From an uncultured Actinomycetota bacterium (GTDB lineage Bacteria; Actinomycetota; Humimicrobiia; Humimicrobiales; Humimicrobiaceae): a stretch of DNA of 64,000 nt. The stretch is from assembly GCA_964616545.1 (NCBI GenBank), contig CAZTUA010000027.1, forward strand, positions 75,370 through 139,369, in the 5' to 3' direction. How positions within the stretch are numbered: position 1 is the stretch's first letter; every line of letters begins with the position of its first letter. The position numbers and the translations under genes are program-made. Positions 48,893 through 58,589 of the stretch are shown here, one piece after another. The notes under the pieces are model-generated. The model was given only the letters and a program-made list of their open reading frames with translations, was not told where the DNA came from and ran no database searches.

Positions 48893-50338
48893 CTAGCATA
48901 ACTTTCCAGAGAGACCGTTTTTGCAGATTGAATCTGTGGTGACCTGCACTATCTTTCCTTTTAACCTGTCAAACCTTTCTGTATCCATTTTAAAATAAAC
49001 CCTGATATAATTTCCGGAGGTTCCGCTTACAAGAATAGAATTACATTTACTTTTTAAATCTGTAATAACGTTATCCCTGCTCTTTGTGCCGGCAATACTT
49101 TTGCACCTGTTTGCTTCCTCGCAGACTACATCCAGTACCTTCCCGGTATTACTTTTCAGATAACTGATTCTCAGCTCATCCCCCAGGTTCCTTAAAATTA
49201 CACTTCTCCGGGATTTAACCTTTTCATCCACCTGGCCGGCCATCATGCAGGCTGCTGTGTGCTCTCTCCGGGAATATTTAAAAACATGGATCTTGCTGAA
49301 AGCAACCTTCTTTATTACATCAGCAGTCCGGGTAAAATCATCATCCCCCTCACCCGGAAATCCTACCATTATATCGGTAGTCAATGCTATACCGGGAAAT
49401 AGCTCCCTGACCCTATCTATTTTTTTTAAATAATATCCTGAATTATACGGCCTTCCCATAAGCTTTAATACCCTGTCGCTCCCGCTCTGCAGAGGAATGT
49501 GAAGATGAGGAGCAATACGCTTTTTATTTCTTTTAAGGACATCAAGAAGACGGTTTCCGATTTCATTTATTTCAATGGAACTTATCCTTATCCTTTTTAT
49601 ATCAGTCTCTTTAATAATTCTATCCAGCAGTTCTGCAAGGTCGGAAGCTATAATATTCGGGTATGGACTGCTTACTTTTGAACTTACGGTATCTGTATTT
49701 GCCAGATTTAAGCTTCCCGCATCAAAATCCACTCCGTATTTCCCTATATGGATTCCCGTAAGGACAACTTCCTCAAAACCACAGCTCTGGAGTTCTGTTA
49801 TTCTCTTAAGGATATCTTTTAAGGGGACACTTTTATATCCGCCCCTTACCACTGGAACTATACAGTAGGCGCAATTCTGCTCACAGCCATCCTGTACCTT
49901 GACCAGCGGCCTTGAATGTGTGCCTCCGTATTTGCCGCACTGTGGGACACCGCCCGCTGCCTCATCCGCAATTAAATCCGGAATCCCTGCTTCTGCAGCT
50001 CTCTCTTCAATTAAATCAGGAATCCTGTACTTATCTTTATTTTTAACCATAAAGTCAATCCCGCACTCTTTTAAAAAGCTCCTGTTAAATACAACAAAAC
50101 AGCCCATAACAAGAATTCTGCTGTCTTTATTTTCTGCTTTGATTCTTCTTATCAGCTGCCTTGCTTTTCTATCGCTCTGCGAGGTTACCGTGCATGTGTT
50201 TACCAGGCACCAGTCAGGGTTCCGGCTCCTGGAAACAGGCTCCATTCCCTTTTTCTGCAATTCTTCCGCAATAAAATCAGATTCACTCTGGTTTACTTTG
50301 CATCCAAGAGTATCTATAGAAAATTTTATTTTTCTCAT
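48893..50338 (-). CDS. mtaB: radical SAM methylthiotransferase, MtaB-like (MiaB family)
   Basis: N-terminal MTTase domain (three Cys), radical SAM CAYCIVP, C-terminal TRAM-like domain. Confidence 0.8.
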   Translation of the reverse strand: MRKIKFSIDTLGCKVNQSESDFIAEELQKKGMEPVSRSRNPDWCLVNTCTVTSQSDRKARQLIRRIKAENKDSRILVMGCFVVFNRSFLKECGIDFMVKNKDKYRIPDLIEERAAEAGIPDLIADEAAGGVPQCGKYGGTHSRPLVKVQDGCEQNCAYCIVPVVRGGYKSVPLKDILKRITELQSCGFEEVVLTGIHIGKYGVDFDAGSLNLANTDTVSSKVSSPYPNIIASDLAELLDRIIKETDIKRIRISSIEINEIGNRLLDVLKRNKKRIAPHLHIPLQSGSDRVLKLMGRPYNSGYYLKKIDRVRELFPGIALTTDIMVGFPGEGDDDFTRTADVIKKVAFSKIHVFKYSRREHTAACMMAGQVDEKVKSRRSVILRNLGDELRISYLKSNTGKVLDVVCEEANRCKSIAGTKSRDNVITDLKSKCNSILVSGTSGNYIRVYFKMDTERFDRLKGKIVQVTTDSICKNGLSGKLC

Positions 50339-50340
50339 TT

Positions 50341-51093
50341 CTAATTTCCAATCAGGTAATCCAGTACGGATAAAAAATAAATTGCTGCTGTTTCAGAGCG
50401 GTAAATATTTTCCCCCAGTCTTATCTCCCTTGCACCGTTCTTTTTAAGAAATTCTACCTCGCCGGCCTCGAAACCGCCCTCAGGACCTATTATACAGGCA
50501 ATACTTGAAACATCTGATGAGGCTTTCAGAGTTTCTGCGAGATTTTCACTGTCAGCATCACTTTCTTCATAGGGAACATAAAAAAGCCCGTATCCGCAGG
50601 TATTTATGCTGTAAATATCTTCTGGCTCGGTAACCTTACACTTAAAATCCCTCTTACACTGCTTTGAGGCTCCGTCAGATATTTTCTGCCATCTGATTAT
50701 TTTACCGGAAATTTTTTTACTGTCTGCAACAACCCTTTTGCTCCTGACCGGTATAATTCTATCCACTCCTATTTCGGTTGATTTCTGGATCACAAATTCC
50801 ATTGAATTCTTTTTAAGTATGCACTGAAAAAGGATAAGCTGCGGAAGCTTTCTTTTTATTTGTTTTTTATCCTTTACAATTAATGTGGCACTGGATTTTC
50901 CTATATCCAGAATTTCTGTTCTGTATTTATACTCATTATTATCAGATATATAAACTGTGTCCCCAGCCCTGCTTCTGAGAACGTTCCTAAGATGGTTTAG
51001 GTCCTCTCCGCTTATTTTTATTTTATTTTCCTCAATATTACCACTGTCTGTAAAAAAATACGGATAACTCATTATCGCTTTATCCTGCTTCAT
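50341..51093 (-). CDS. rsmE: 16S rRNA (uracil1498-N3)-methyltransferase RsmE
   Basis: PUA-like N-terminus and SPOUT C-terminus (IIGPEGGF). Confidence 0.8.
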   Translation of the reverse strand: MKQDKAIMSYPYFFTDSGNIEENKIKISGEDLNHLRNVLRSRAGDTVYISDNNEYKYRTEILDIGKSSATLIVKDKKQIKRKLPQLILFQCILKKNSMEFVIQKSTEIGVDRIIPVRSKRVVADSKKISGKIIRWQKISDGASKQCKRDFKCKVTEPEDIYSINTCGYGLFYVPYEESDADSENLAETLKASSDVSSIACIIGPEGGFEAGEVEFLKKNGAREIRLGENIYRSETAAIYFLSVLDYLIGN

Positions 51094-51278
51094 TCATTTG
51101 ATACATATATCTGATAATTATAACGTAACGTCCACAATAATTATAACAATCATGATTGTAAATTATAAATAAGACAGCCGTAATTATATACTATAATGTG
51201 GTTAAACTGGCAGTATTATTAAGAAGCAATGATTAAAGATATTTTTTATTTTAAAAATTTTCTTATTAAAAAAATTTC

Positions 51279-52415
51279 TTATTTCTTAAAAGCGTTTTTG
51301 ATTTTAGAGAACGCGCCCTTTTTCCCGCTTCCGACTTTTTCTCCTCTTCCGCCAGCATATTTTTTTAAAAGCGCTACTTCTTCATCACTGATTTTTGTGG
51401 GTATTTTAACATTTATATTTATTATATGGTCGCCTCTTCTGTATCCGTTAAGTTCAACCACTCCCATTGATTTAAGGATTATTTTCTCTCCCGGCTGGGT
51501 TCCGGGTTTAATATTTATCTCTTCTTTACCATCAATAGTCTCAGCATCCATTTTGCAGCCCAGAGCTGCCTGTGCAAAAGATATGTCAATAGTAGAGATT
51601 ATATCATTACCGCTTCTTTTAAATTCAGGATGCGGCATTACCCTTACAGTCAGGTAAAGGTCACCATTTACCGAACCCCTGCCTTCCGAATTCCCTTTTC
51701 CGGGCAATCTCATGCTATCACCGTCGTGTATACCCGCTGGAATATCTACCTTTATCTTTATTTTTTTTGCCCGGTAGCCTTTCCCACCGCATTTTTCACA
51801 GGGGTCTTTTATTATCTTTCCCGAACCCCCGCATTTATGGCAGGTTGATGTTGTTATAATACTGCCCAGGAAAGACTGCCTTGCAGTCCTTACCCTTCCG
51901 GTCCCGCCGCATTCGCTGCAGGTAGCAATTCCATCCTCGGATGCACTGCCCCGTCCACCGCAGGACTCGCAGATATCATCGGCTTTATACTCGATTTCTT
52001 TTTTGACCCCGTAGACAGACTCCTTGAAATCTATCTTCGTCTCGATTCTTATATCAGAGCCTCTGCTCATCCGTCCGGCTCTCTGTCTGCCTGAAAAAGA
52101 ACTCCCAAATCCGGCTCCAAAGAGTGTTTCAAATATGTCGCCGAACCCGAATTCTGAAAATGCGCTTCCGAAGTCAAAATTATCAAACAAATTCTTGCTG
52201 AATCCAAACTGGTCATACTGCCTCCTTTTCCCTTCATTGCTGAGCACAGCATATGCTTCGGATATCTCCTTAAACTTTTCCTCGGCCTCCGGGTCACCGT
52301 TATTTACATCAGGGTGATACTTACGGGCAAGCTTTCTGTATTCTCTTTTTACATCCGCAGTGGTGCATTCACGGTGCAGACCCAGAATTTCGTAATAATC
52401 TCTTTTATTTGCCAC
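51279..52415 (-). CDS. dnaJ: molecular chaperone DnaJ
   Basis: J domain with HPD, G/F-rich region, four CxxCxGxG zinc-finger repeats, C-terminal domains. Confidence 0.9.
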   Translation of the reverse strand: MANKRDYYEILGLHRECTTADVKREYRKLARKYHPDVNNGDPEAEEKFKEISEAYAVLSNEGKRRQYDQFGFSKNLFDNFDFGSAFSEFGFGDIFETLFGAGFGSSFSGRQRAGRMSRGSDIRIETKIDFKESVYGVKKEIEYKADDICESCGGRGSASEDGIATCSECGGTGRVRTARQSFLGSIITTSTCHKCGGSGKIIKDPCEKCGGKGYRAKKIKIKVDIPAGIHDGDSMRLPGKGNSEGRGSVNGDLYLTVRVMPHPEFKRSGNDIISTIDISFAQAALGCKMDAETIDGKEEINIKPGTQPGEKIILKSMGVVELNGYRRGDHIININVKIPTKISDEEVALLKKYAGGRGEKVGSGKKGAFSKIKNAFKK

Positions 52416-52557
52416 AGGCCAAAATCACCTCAAAATAAATTTAAATTAAAATTAATAACAATTGATTTATATGAAATCTTAGCGCAGAAATAATAACTCA
52501 TTTCAACACTTTTTTCCAGTTTCCGCCTAACAACCTTAACATGTTTAATTTTAAAAG

Positions 52558-53601
52558 TTAAGCCCTGGAATTAAAAATATCCGCAAGGTTTTTCCTGAAA
52601 ATATTAAGACTTTTTATAACCCTGCTGTAGTCCATTCTCTTTGGGCCCAGAACACCTATTGTTCCGGCCGAGTTATCTGTAATTCTATATCTCGATGCTA
52701 TAAGGCTCAGATCCCCGGTACCTTCCTCAAAGAGTTCAGAACCAATTCTTACCATAAAATCGCTATCACCTGAAAAGTCCAGCAGCAGCTTCATCAACAG
52801 GTATTCGTTTTCTATTACACGCAGGATGTTTTGAATTTTTTTCAAATCAATAAAATCAGGCTGCTGCAGTATAACAGATGCTCCATGGATAAAAATTTTA
52901 TTGTACTGAAAGTTTTCTCTGACACATTCTTTTATCATTTCAATAACTTTATTTATAAGGAGTATAAGATTAGAATCGCTATTCTGTATTTCTATATCTT
53001 CTGCAGTAGCGTCAATAATATTTTTATTCCTGAGCTGCATGTTCATAATATTTGCTGCCGCCTGCAGGTCAAGCTCTGTATATTTACCCTCCAGCACAGC
53101 ACTTCTTTTGTATACCCTGCCCGCATCTGTTATAAGAACCATCAATATATTGTCTCCCCTGAATTTTAAAAGTTCTATGTGCTTGTACTTACTCTGCTTG
53201 ATAGTGGGGGTTACAATCATTGAGAGATAATTGGTAAATTTTGCAAGCATCTCTACGGACCGCTGAAGTATTGTCTCGATTTCCATATCCTTATCTACAA
53301 CTACTCTTAGGGCATTGCTCTTCCCGGCATAAAAATTGGTTTTTAAGCTTAATTCTTCTCTTATAACATTATCCACATAAAATCTGTAACCCTTATCAGT
53401 GGGCATCCTCCCTGCCGAAGTATGCGGATGTGTTAAGTAGCCCATCTCTTCAAGCTCCGCCATTTCTTTTCTTATGGTTGCCGGACTGAGGTCAAATTCA
53501 GAATCCTGCGCTATCTTTTTTGAAGAAACCGGGTCCGCGTTTTCTATAAACCTGCTCACTACTTCTTTTAAAATATTAATTTTTCTTTCGGTAAATTTCA
53601 T
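52558..53601 (-). CDS. hrcA: heat-inducible transcription repressor HrcA
   Basis: N-terminal winged HTH and full HrcA length (347 aa). Confidence 0.85.
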   Translation of the reverse strand: MKFTERKINILKEVVSRFIENADPVSSKKIAQDSEFDLSPATIRKEMAELEEMGYLTHPHTSAGRMPTDKGYRFYVDNVIREELSLKTNFYAGKSNALRVVVDKDMEIETILQRSVEMLAKFTNYLSMIVTPTIKQSKYKHIELLKFRGDNILMVLITDAGRVYKRSAVLEGKYTELDLQAAANIMNMQLRNKNIIDATAEDIEIQNSDSNLILLINKVIEMIKECVRENFQYNKIFIHGASVILQQPDFIDLKKIQNILRVIENEYLLMKLLLDFSGDSDFMVRIGSELFEEGTGDLSLIASRYRITDNSAGTIGVLGPKRMDYSRVIKSLNIFRKNLADIFNSRA

Positions 53602-53847
53602 CTAAAATCACTACCCCTGCATTAATATGCAGAATTTTTGACTCTTTTACGCTTGTTTTTATTCTATCTTACTTTATAAATACCACCTGCGCTATTATCT
53701 AACATTATGGCTCTTTTTGCACCCTTCTTTCTTTTCGGTACCGTTGTTAATATCAACTTTTTGTGGTAATATCTATTAGATTTTGCAATTATTCCGTTAT
53801 ATTCTTTTATATTATAAAGAATATTCATTGAAAATTAAATATTTACA

Positions 53848-53945
53848 AATGCTTAGGGGAGCTTTTTAGCTGAGAGGGCAGTTTTAACGGTAAGCTGTCG
53901 ACCCTTAAACCTGACCTGGGTAATGCCAGCGTAGGAAAAGTAGCT
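53848..53945 (+). ncRNA. TPP riboswitch (THI element)
   Basis: GGGGAGC...GCTGAGA...ACCCTTAAACCTGACCTGGGTAATGCCAGCGTAGGAAA matches the THI-box core (CUGAGA, ACCUGAUCUGGAUAAUGCCAGCGUAGGGAA). It lies upstream of thiM-thiE-thiC. Confidence 0.8.
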
Positions 53946-53954
53946 ATACAAAAA

Positions 53955-53987
53955 CTACTAGCCGATGGTCAGGCTGGTAGTTTTTTT
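53955..53987 (+). terminator. intrinsic terminator, expression platform of the TPP riboswitch
   Basis: CTACTAGCC-GATGGTCA-GGCTGGTAG stem (one G-T wobble) followed by TTTTTTT. Confidence 0.6.
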
Positions 53988-54162
53988 ATTTTTAAGGATT
54001 TTTTACTTTCCCGGGATAGAGAAAACATGAGATATAAGGGAAACATACTGGATACGGGTAATACTATATTACAGACACGGGCAGGAAGAAGCAGGATGAA
54101 ACAAATAATTAATATAATTTATTTAAAATAGATTTAGCAGTGAAAAGGAGGCCGCTACAATT

Positions 54163-54957
54163 ATGAACATAGTAGAGAATCTGCAAAAAGTAAGAGAGCA
54201 AAAACCTCTCATACATCATATTACTAACTGGGTGACCATTTATGACTGCGCAAATGTTGTAAGAGCTACCGGAGGGCTGCCCGTAATGGCCCATGCGCCC
54301 GAAGAGGTTGAGCAGATGACCTCTATTTCCGGGGCGCTTGTTCTAAATATCGGGACCCTTACCATGGACCTGGTAAAATCAATGATTCTTGCCGGTAGAA
54401 AAGCAAATGAGAAAAACATACCCGTTATTCTTGACATTGTGGGAGCCGGTGCCACAGATCTGCGGACCGGGAAAGCAAATGAAATCCTGGACAGTGTGAA
54501 TGTTTCAATACTTAAAGGAAATTCATCAGAAATCGGCACGATTGCCGGAGCCAGAGCAGAAACAAAAGGCGTCGAGGCAATTTCTGTAGAAGGCGACCTG
54601 ACCGAGATAGCAAAAAAATTGGCCCGTAAAAAAAATCTTACCGTTGTTATAACCGGCAGGGAAGACATCATATCAAACGGAAGAGATGTCTATGCCTGCA
54701 GGAACGGGCATCCCATGATGGGCTGCTTTGTCGGTTCCGGATGCATGGTCTCTTCGGTAATAGGCACGTTTGCCGCCGTTGAGAAGGATTATGCGCTTTC
54801 ATCGGCAAATGCTCTCTGTTTCTTCGGTATAGCCGGGGAAATCGCTGCCAGGACTGCTAAAGGGCCGGATTCATATAAGGTCATCTTAATGGATGAAATC
54901 TTTAACATTGATGAAAATAAAATTAGAAAAATGACCAGGCTGGAAAAGATAGAATGA
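54163..54957 (+). CDS. thiM: hydroxyethylthiazole kinase
   Basis: ThiM family signature (NxxANxxLAxG region). AAAGGAGG RBS. Confidence 0.85.
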   Translation: MNIVENLQKVREQKPLIHHITNWVTIYDCANVVRATGGLPVMAHAPEEVEQMTSISGALVLNIGTLTMDLVKSMILAGRKANEKNIPVILDIVGAGATDLRTGKANEILDSVNVSILKGNSSEIGTIAGARAETKGVEAISVEGDLTEIAKKLARKKNLTVVITGREDIISNGRDVYACRNGHPMMGCFVGSGCMVSSVIGTFAAVEKDYALSSANALCFFGIAGEIAARTAKGPDSYKVILMDEIFNIDENKIRKMTRLEKIE

Positions 54958-55622
54958 AAATAAATAAAAAACTTAAAAATGTGGACCTGTATTTTGTAAC
55001 AGATTCTGGATTGACCCAAAAAACAGTCATAGAGGATGTGAAATCAGCCCTCAGAGCCGGAGTAAAAATAATCCAGTACAGGGAAAAAAATAAAAATACA
55101 AAAGAAATGATAGAAGAAGCTGGTAAAATATCCGGGCTCTGCAGGAAAAACGATGCTTTATTTATAATAAATGATAGAGTTGATATTGCCCTTGCAGTAG
55201 ATTCAGACGGCGTACATCTCGGCAGCAAAGATATGCCGTACCAGACCGCAAGGAAAATACTCGGGGATAACAAGATTATTGGTTTAACCGTACATAACAC
55301 AGAGGAAGCCATAGCAGCAGAAAGAGCAGGAGCTGATTATGTTGGCGTAAGCCCTGTATTTAACACCAGTACCAAACCCGATGCAGGAACTCCGTGCGGG
55401 CTGAAACTTGTAGAAGAAGCTAAAGAAAGAATAAGAATACCTTTTGTGGCCATAGGCGGGATAAACGGGACAAACATAGCTGACGTTATTGCAGCAGGTG
55501 CAAAATCTGCTGCAATAATCTCGGCAATAGTTGCAAAACCGGACGTTGAAAAAGAATGCAGGAAATTCAGAAGAATTATTATAAACAAATGCAAATTCCA
55601 TGATAAAAATAAGAAGTTCTAA
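54954..55622 (+). CDS. thiE: thiamine-phosphate synthase
   Basis: TIM-barrel ThiE motifs (INDRVDIA, DGVHLG, VGVSPVF). 4-bp overlap with thiM. Confidence 0.85.
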   Translation: MKINKKLKNVDLYFVTDSGLTQKTVIEDVKSALRAGVKIIQYREKNKNTKEMIEEAGKISGLCRKNDALFIINDRVDIALAVDSDGVHLGSKDMPYQTARKILGDNKIIGLTVHNTEEAIAAERAGADYVGVSPVFNTSTKPDAGTPCGLKLVEEAKERIRIPFVAIGGINGTNIADVIAAGAKSAAIISAIVAKPDVEKECRKFRRIIINKCKFHDKNKKF

Positions 55623-55641
55623 AAGGAGGCTTAAATTTTAA

Positions 55642-56922
55642 ATGACACAGTTAACCAGCGCAGCAGGCGGGAAAATAACAAAACAGGTGAAAATAGCGGC
55701 AGAACAGGAGAGAGTCACCCCGGAATATATACAGAAGCATATAGCAGACGGAACAATAGTTATACCATATAACAAGAAACACCTTTCCCTTAAATCAATC
55801 TGTGCAATAGGAAAAGGGCTCAGGATCAAAGTCAACGCAAATATAGGAACCTCTTCCGGACATTCCAGCCTGAGGGAGGAGCTAAAAAAGCTAAAAACAG
55901 CCATTGAGGCAAAAACCGATACAGTGATGGACCTGAGTACAGGCGGAGATATCGATAAAATCAGGAAAGCCATTATTGAAAATTCTCCTGTGCCTGTTGG
56001 AACAGTGCCCATTTACCAGGCAGCAATTGAAGCTGCAAAAAAGAAGGGAATCGTAAATATGACCGAGGACCATCTTTTTGAGGTAATTGAAAAACAGGCA
56101 GAGGACGGTGTTGACTTTATGACCGTGCACTGTGGGGTAACCATGGAGTCCATTAGAAGACTGAAGGAGCAGGGCAGAATCCTTGATGTTGTAAGCAGAG
56201 GCGGCGCTTTTCTGGTTACATGGATATTGTCCAATAAGAAAGAAAACCCCTTATATGAGAGTTTTGACAGGCTGCTAAAGATAGCAAAAAAATACGATGT
56301 AACCCTGAGTCTTGGTGACGGGCTAAGGCCGGGCTGTCTTGCCGACGCCACAGACAGGGGACAGATACAGGAGCTTCTTATCCTGGGCGAGCTTGTAAAA
56401 AGAGCCAGAAATGAAGGGGTTCAGGTAATGATTGAAGGCCCCGGCCACATGTCAATTGACCAGATAGAGTCGAATGTTATCCTTGAAAAGAAACTCTGCG
56501 GGGACGCGCCTTTTTATGTACTGGGCCCGCTTGTTACCGATATTGCATCAGGCTATGACCACATCGCCGGTGCAATAGGCGGGGCAATTGCTGGCTACTG
56601 CGGCGCCGATTACCTGTGCTATCTTACACCATCAGAACATTTAAGACTGCCTACTGTAGAAGATGTGAGAGAAGGAGTAATTATTACAAGGATTGCGGCA
56701 CACGCAGCAGATATCGCCTCAGGTAAAAAAAACGCAATGGAAAAAGATATAGAAATGGCAAAAGCCAGAAAAAAACTGGACTGGGAAAAACAGATAAGCC
56801 TGTCCATAGACCCGGAAAAGGCACAGAGGTTTAGAAAAGAAAGTAAGATAAAAGATGACAAGTGCACAATGTGCGGAAAGTACTGCGCAATTGATATAGT
56901 AAATAAATATCTCAAAGAGTAA
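55642..56922 (+). CDS. thiC: phosphomethylpyrimidine synthase
   Basis: Radical SAM ThiC signature including the C-terminal CxxCxxxxC (CTMCGKYC). Confidence 0.9.
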   Translation: MTQLTSAAGGKITKQVKIAAEQERVTPEYIQKHIADGTIVIPYNKKHLSLKSICAIGKGLRIKVNANIGTSSGHSSLREELKKLKTAIEAKTDTVMDLSTGGDIDKIRKAIIENSPVPVGTVPIYQAAIEAAKKKGIVNMTEDHLFEVIEKQAEDGVDFMTVHCGVTMESIRRLKEQGRILDVVSRGGAFLVTWILSNKKENPLYESFDRLLKIAKKYDVTLSLGDGLRPGCLADATDRGQIQELLILGELVKRARNEGVQVMIEGPGHMSIDQIESNVILEKKLCGDAPFYVLGPLVTDIASGYDHIAGAIGGAIAGYCGADYLCYLTPSEHLRLPTVEDVREGVIITRIAAHAADIASGKKNAMEKDIEMAKARKKLDWEKQISLSIDPEKAQRFRKESKIKDDKCTMCGKYCAIDIVNKYLKE

Positions 56923-57037
56923 GTATAAAGCAGGAAAATAAAATATGCCGGATGAATAAAAATTAGTTGCTAAAAAAGTAGAATCATTAAGAATATTAAT
57001 ATTAAGATATATTAGAAACAAAAGATTGGATTTTTAA

Positions 57038-57985
57038 ATGGATATTTCCGGGATAGGCGGAGAGTTTGCATTAATAGAAAGACTCGCAAAAGAGCCGGTC
57101 AGTAAAAATATAATCAAAGGAATAGGCGATGATGCCGCTGTTATAAAAGTGGGCAGAAGTTATATTGTTCTCACTGCAGATACTATGGTAGAAGGCGACC
57201 ATTTCTCGCTTGATTACTTTACCCCGCAGCAGATAGGCAAAAAAGCAGTGGAAGTAAATGTTTCCGATATAGGAGCCATGGGGGCAAAACCCGGTTATTT
57301 TCTCGTTTCACTGGTGCTGCCTGAAAAAATTCAGGTTGAAACTATTGAAAATATATATAAGGGGATGAGGCAGGCCGGTAAAAAATACCGGATTGAGATT
57401 ATAGGAGGAAATATAACTCACGGCAAACAGCTTATAATAGATATATGCATGATTGGAAAGGCAAGAAAAGAAAACCTTAAGTTCCGCTCATCTGCAAAAC
57501 CGGGAGACTATATTATGGTAAGCGGAGATCTTGGCTCCAGCACTGCGGGCTTGAACCTTTTTTTAAAAAATATAGAGGGTTTTAGCAAGGTAAAAAAGAA
57601 ACATCTGGAACCGAAAGCAAAATTTTATAAAGTGGAGCCCTTCTTAAAATACATTAACGCAATGATTGATGTCTCTGACGGCCTTGCGTCTGAGGTTAAA
57701 AGAATCTGCGAGCAGAGCAATACCGGAGCCATCCTTTATGCTGACTCAGTACCCATAAAACCGGAAACAAAAAAAGCGGCAGCAGTGTGCGGAAAAAATG
57801 CGCTGGAATATGCTCTGTACGGCGGCGAGGATTTTGAGCTTGTCTATACGGTTTCAAAAGAAATCTATGGCAGGGTAAAGGGATTTAAAGTGGGAGAAAT
57901 TACACATAAAAAAGGTATCAGAATCATAAAAGACAGCAAAGAAGAACTTATTAAAAAACACGGATACGACCACTTTTTAACGTAA
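57038..57985 (+). CDS. thiL: thiamine-monophosphate kinase
   Basis: AIR-synthase-related fold with GDDAAV and TADTMVEGDHF motifs. Confidence 0.8.
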   Translation: MDISGIGGEFALIERLAKEPVSKNIIKGIGDDAAVIKVGRSYIVLTADTMVEGDHFSLDYFTPQQIGKKAVEVNVSDIGAMGAKPGYFLVSLVLPEKIQVETIENIYKGMRQAGKKYRIEIIGGNITHGKQLIIDICMIGKARKENLKFRSSAKPGDYIMVSGDLGSSTAGLNLFLKNIEGFSKVKKKHLEPKAKFYKVEPFLKYINAMIDVSDGLASEVKRICEQSNTGAILYADSVPIKPETKKAAAVCGKNALEYALYGGEDFELVYTVSKEIYGRVKGFKVGEITHKKGIRIIKDSKEELIKKHGYDHFLT

Positions 57986-58056
57986 TATGTCTGGCTATGT
58001 TTTCTATTCCTATACTTTACCCGATTTTATACCAGAATAAACCCTTCATTTAACAT

Positions 58057-58554
58057 TCAATTGATTAAATAATCCATGAAACACACACGGAATGGGAGAT
58101 GCGGTAAGTCTTTTTTACCGGTTTCTGTAAATCCCAGATTAATATACCACCTTTTGAGTTTCTTGTTTGCATCAATCATACCAATTGATACTTTTTTGCC
58201 ACTAATATCTTTTACTTTTTTAAAAGAATCCAGAACAAGCATTTTACCGATTCCTTTATGCCTCTCTTCTGGCTTTACAGCCAATCTTTCAAGATAATAT
58301 ATTCCCTGCCCTGCATTCTCAAGGGCATAACATCCTATAAGCTTGCCACCTCTAAAAAAACCAAAATAACTGACACCTTTTTCAGAAATTGATTTCAGGA
58401 TATCCCCGGATGTAATAAAAGCAGGGTTGTTGGGAGTATTTTTTTTAGTAAGGCCATATTCTTCTGCAATAGTCAAAAATGATTCTCTTATAAGCTGTGT
58501 TAGTTCGTCAATATGTTTTTTAATATCAATCTTCTCAATTGTCACTCTCTGCAC
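58057..58554 (-). CDS. GNAT family N-acetyltransferase
   Basis: Acetyl-CoA motif A (RHKGIGKML). Confidence 0.7.
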   Translation of the reverse strand: MQRVTIEKIDIKKHIDELTQLIRESFLTIAEEYGLTKKNTPNNPAFITSGDILKSISEKGVSYFGFFRGGKLIGCYALENAGQGIYYLERLAVKPEERHKGIGKMLVLDSFKKVKDISGKKVSIGMIDANKKLKRWYINLGFTETGKKDLPHLPFRVCFMDYLIN

Positions 58555-58589
58555 TCCTTTCCTTCTTTAAGCCATACCATGAAACTGTC

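Noticed and set aside
53602-53860. Search for a CIRCE operator (TTAGCACTC-N9-GAGTGCTAA) upstream of hrcA and in the hrcA-dnaJ spacer (52416..52557)
   Set aside because: No match or near-match was seen by eye; only the unrelated CTGCAT-TAAT-ATGCAG repeat was found. This is reported as absence, not as a feature.
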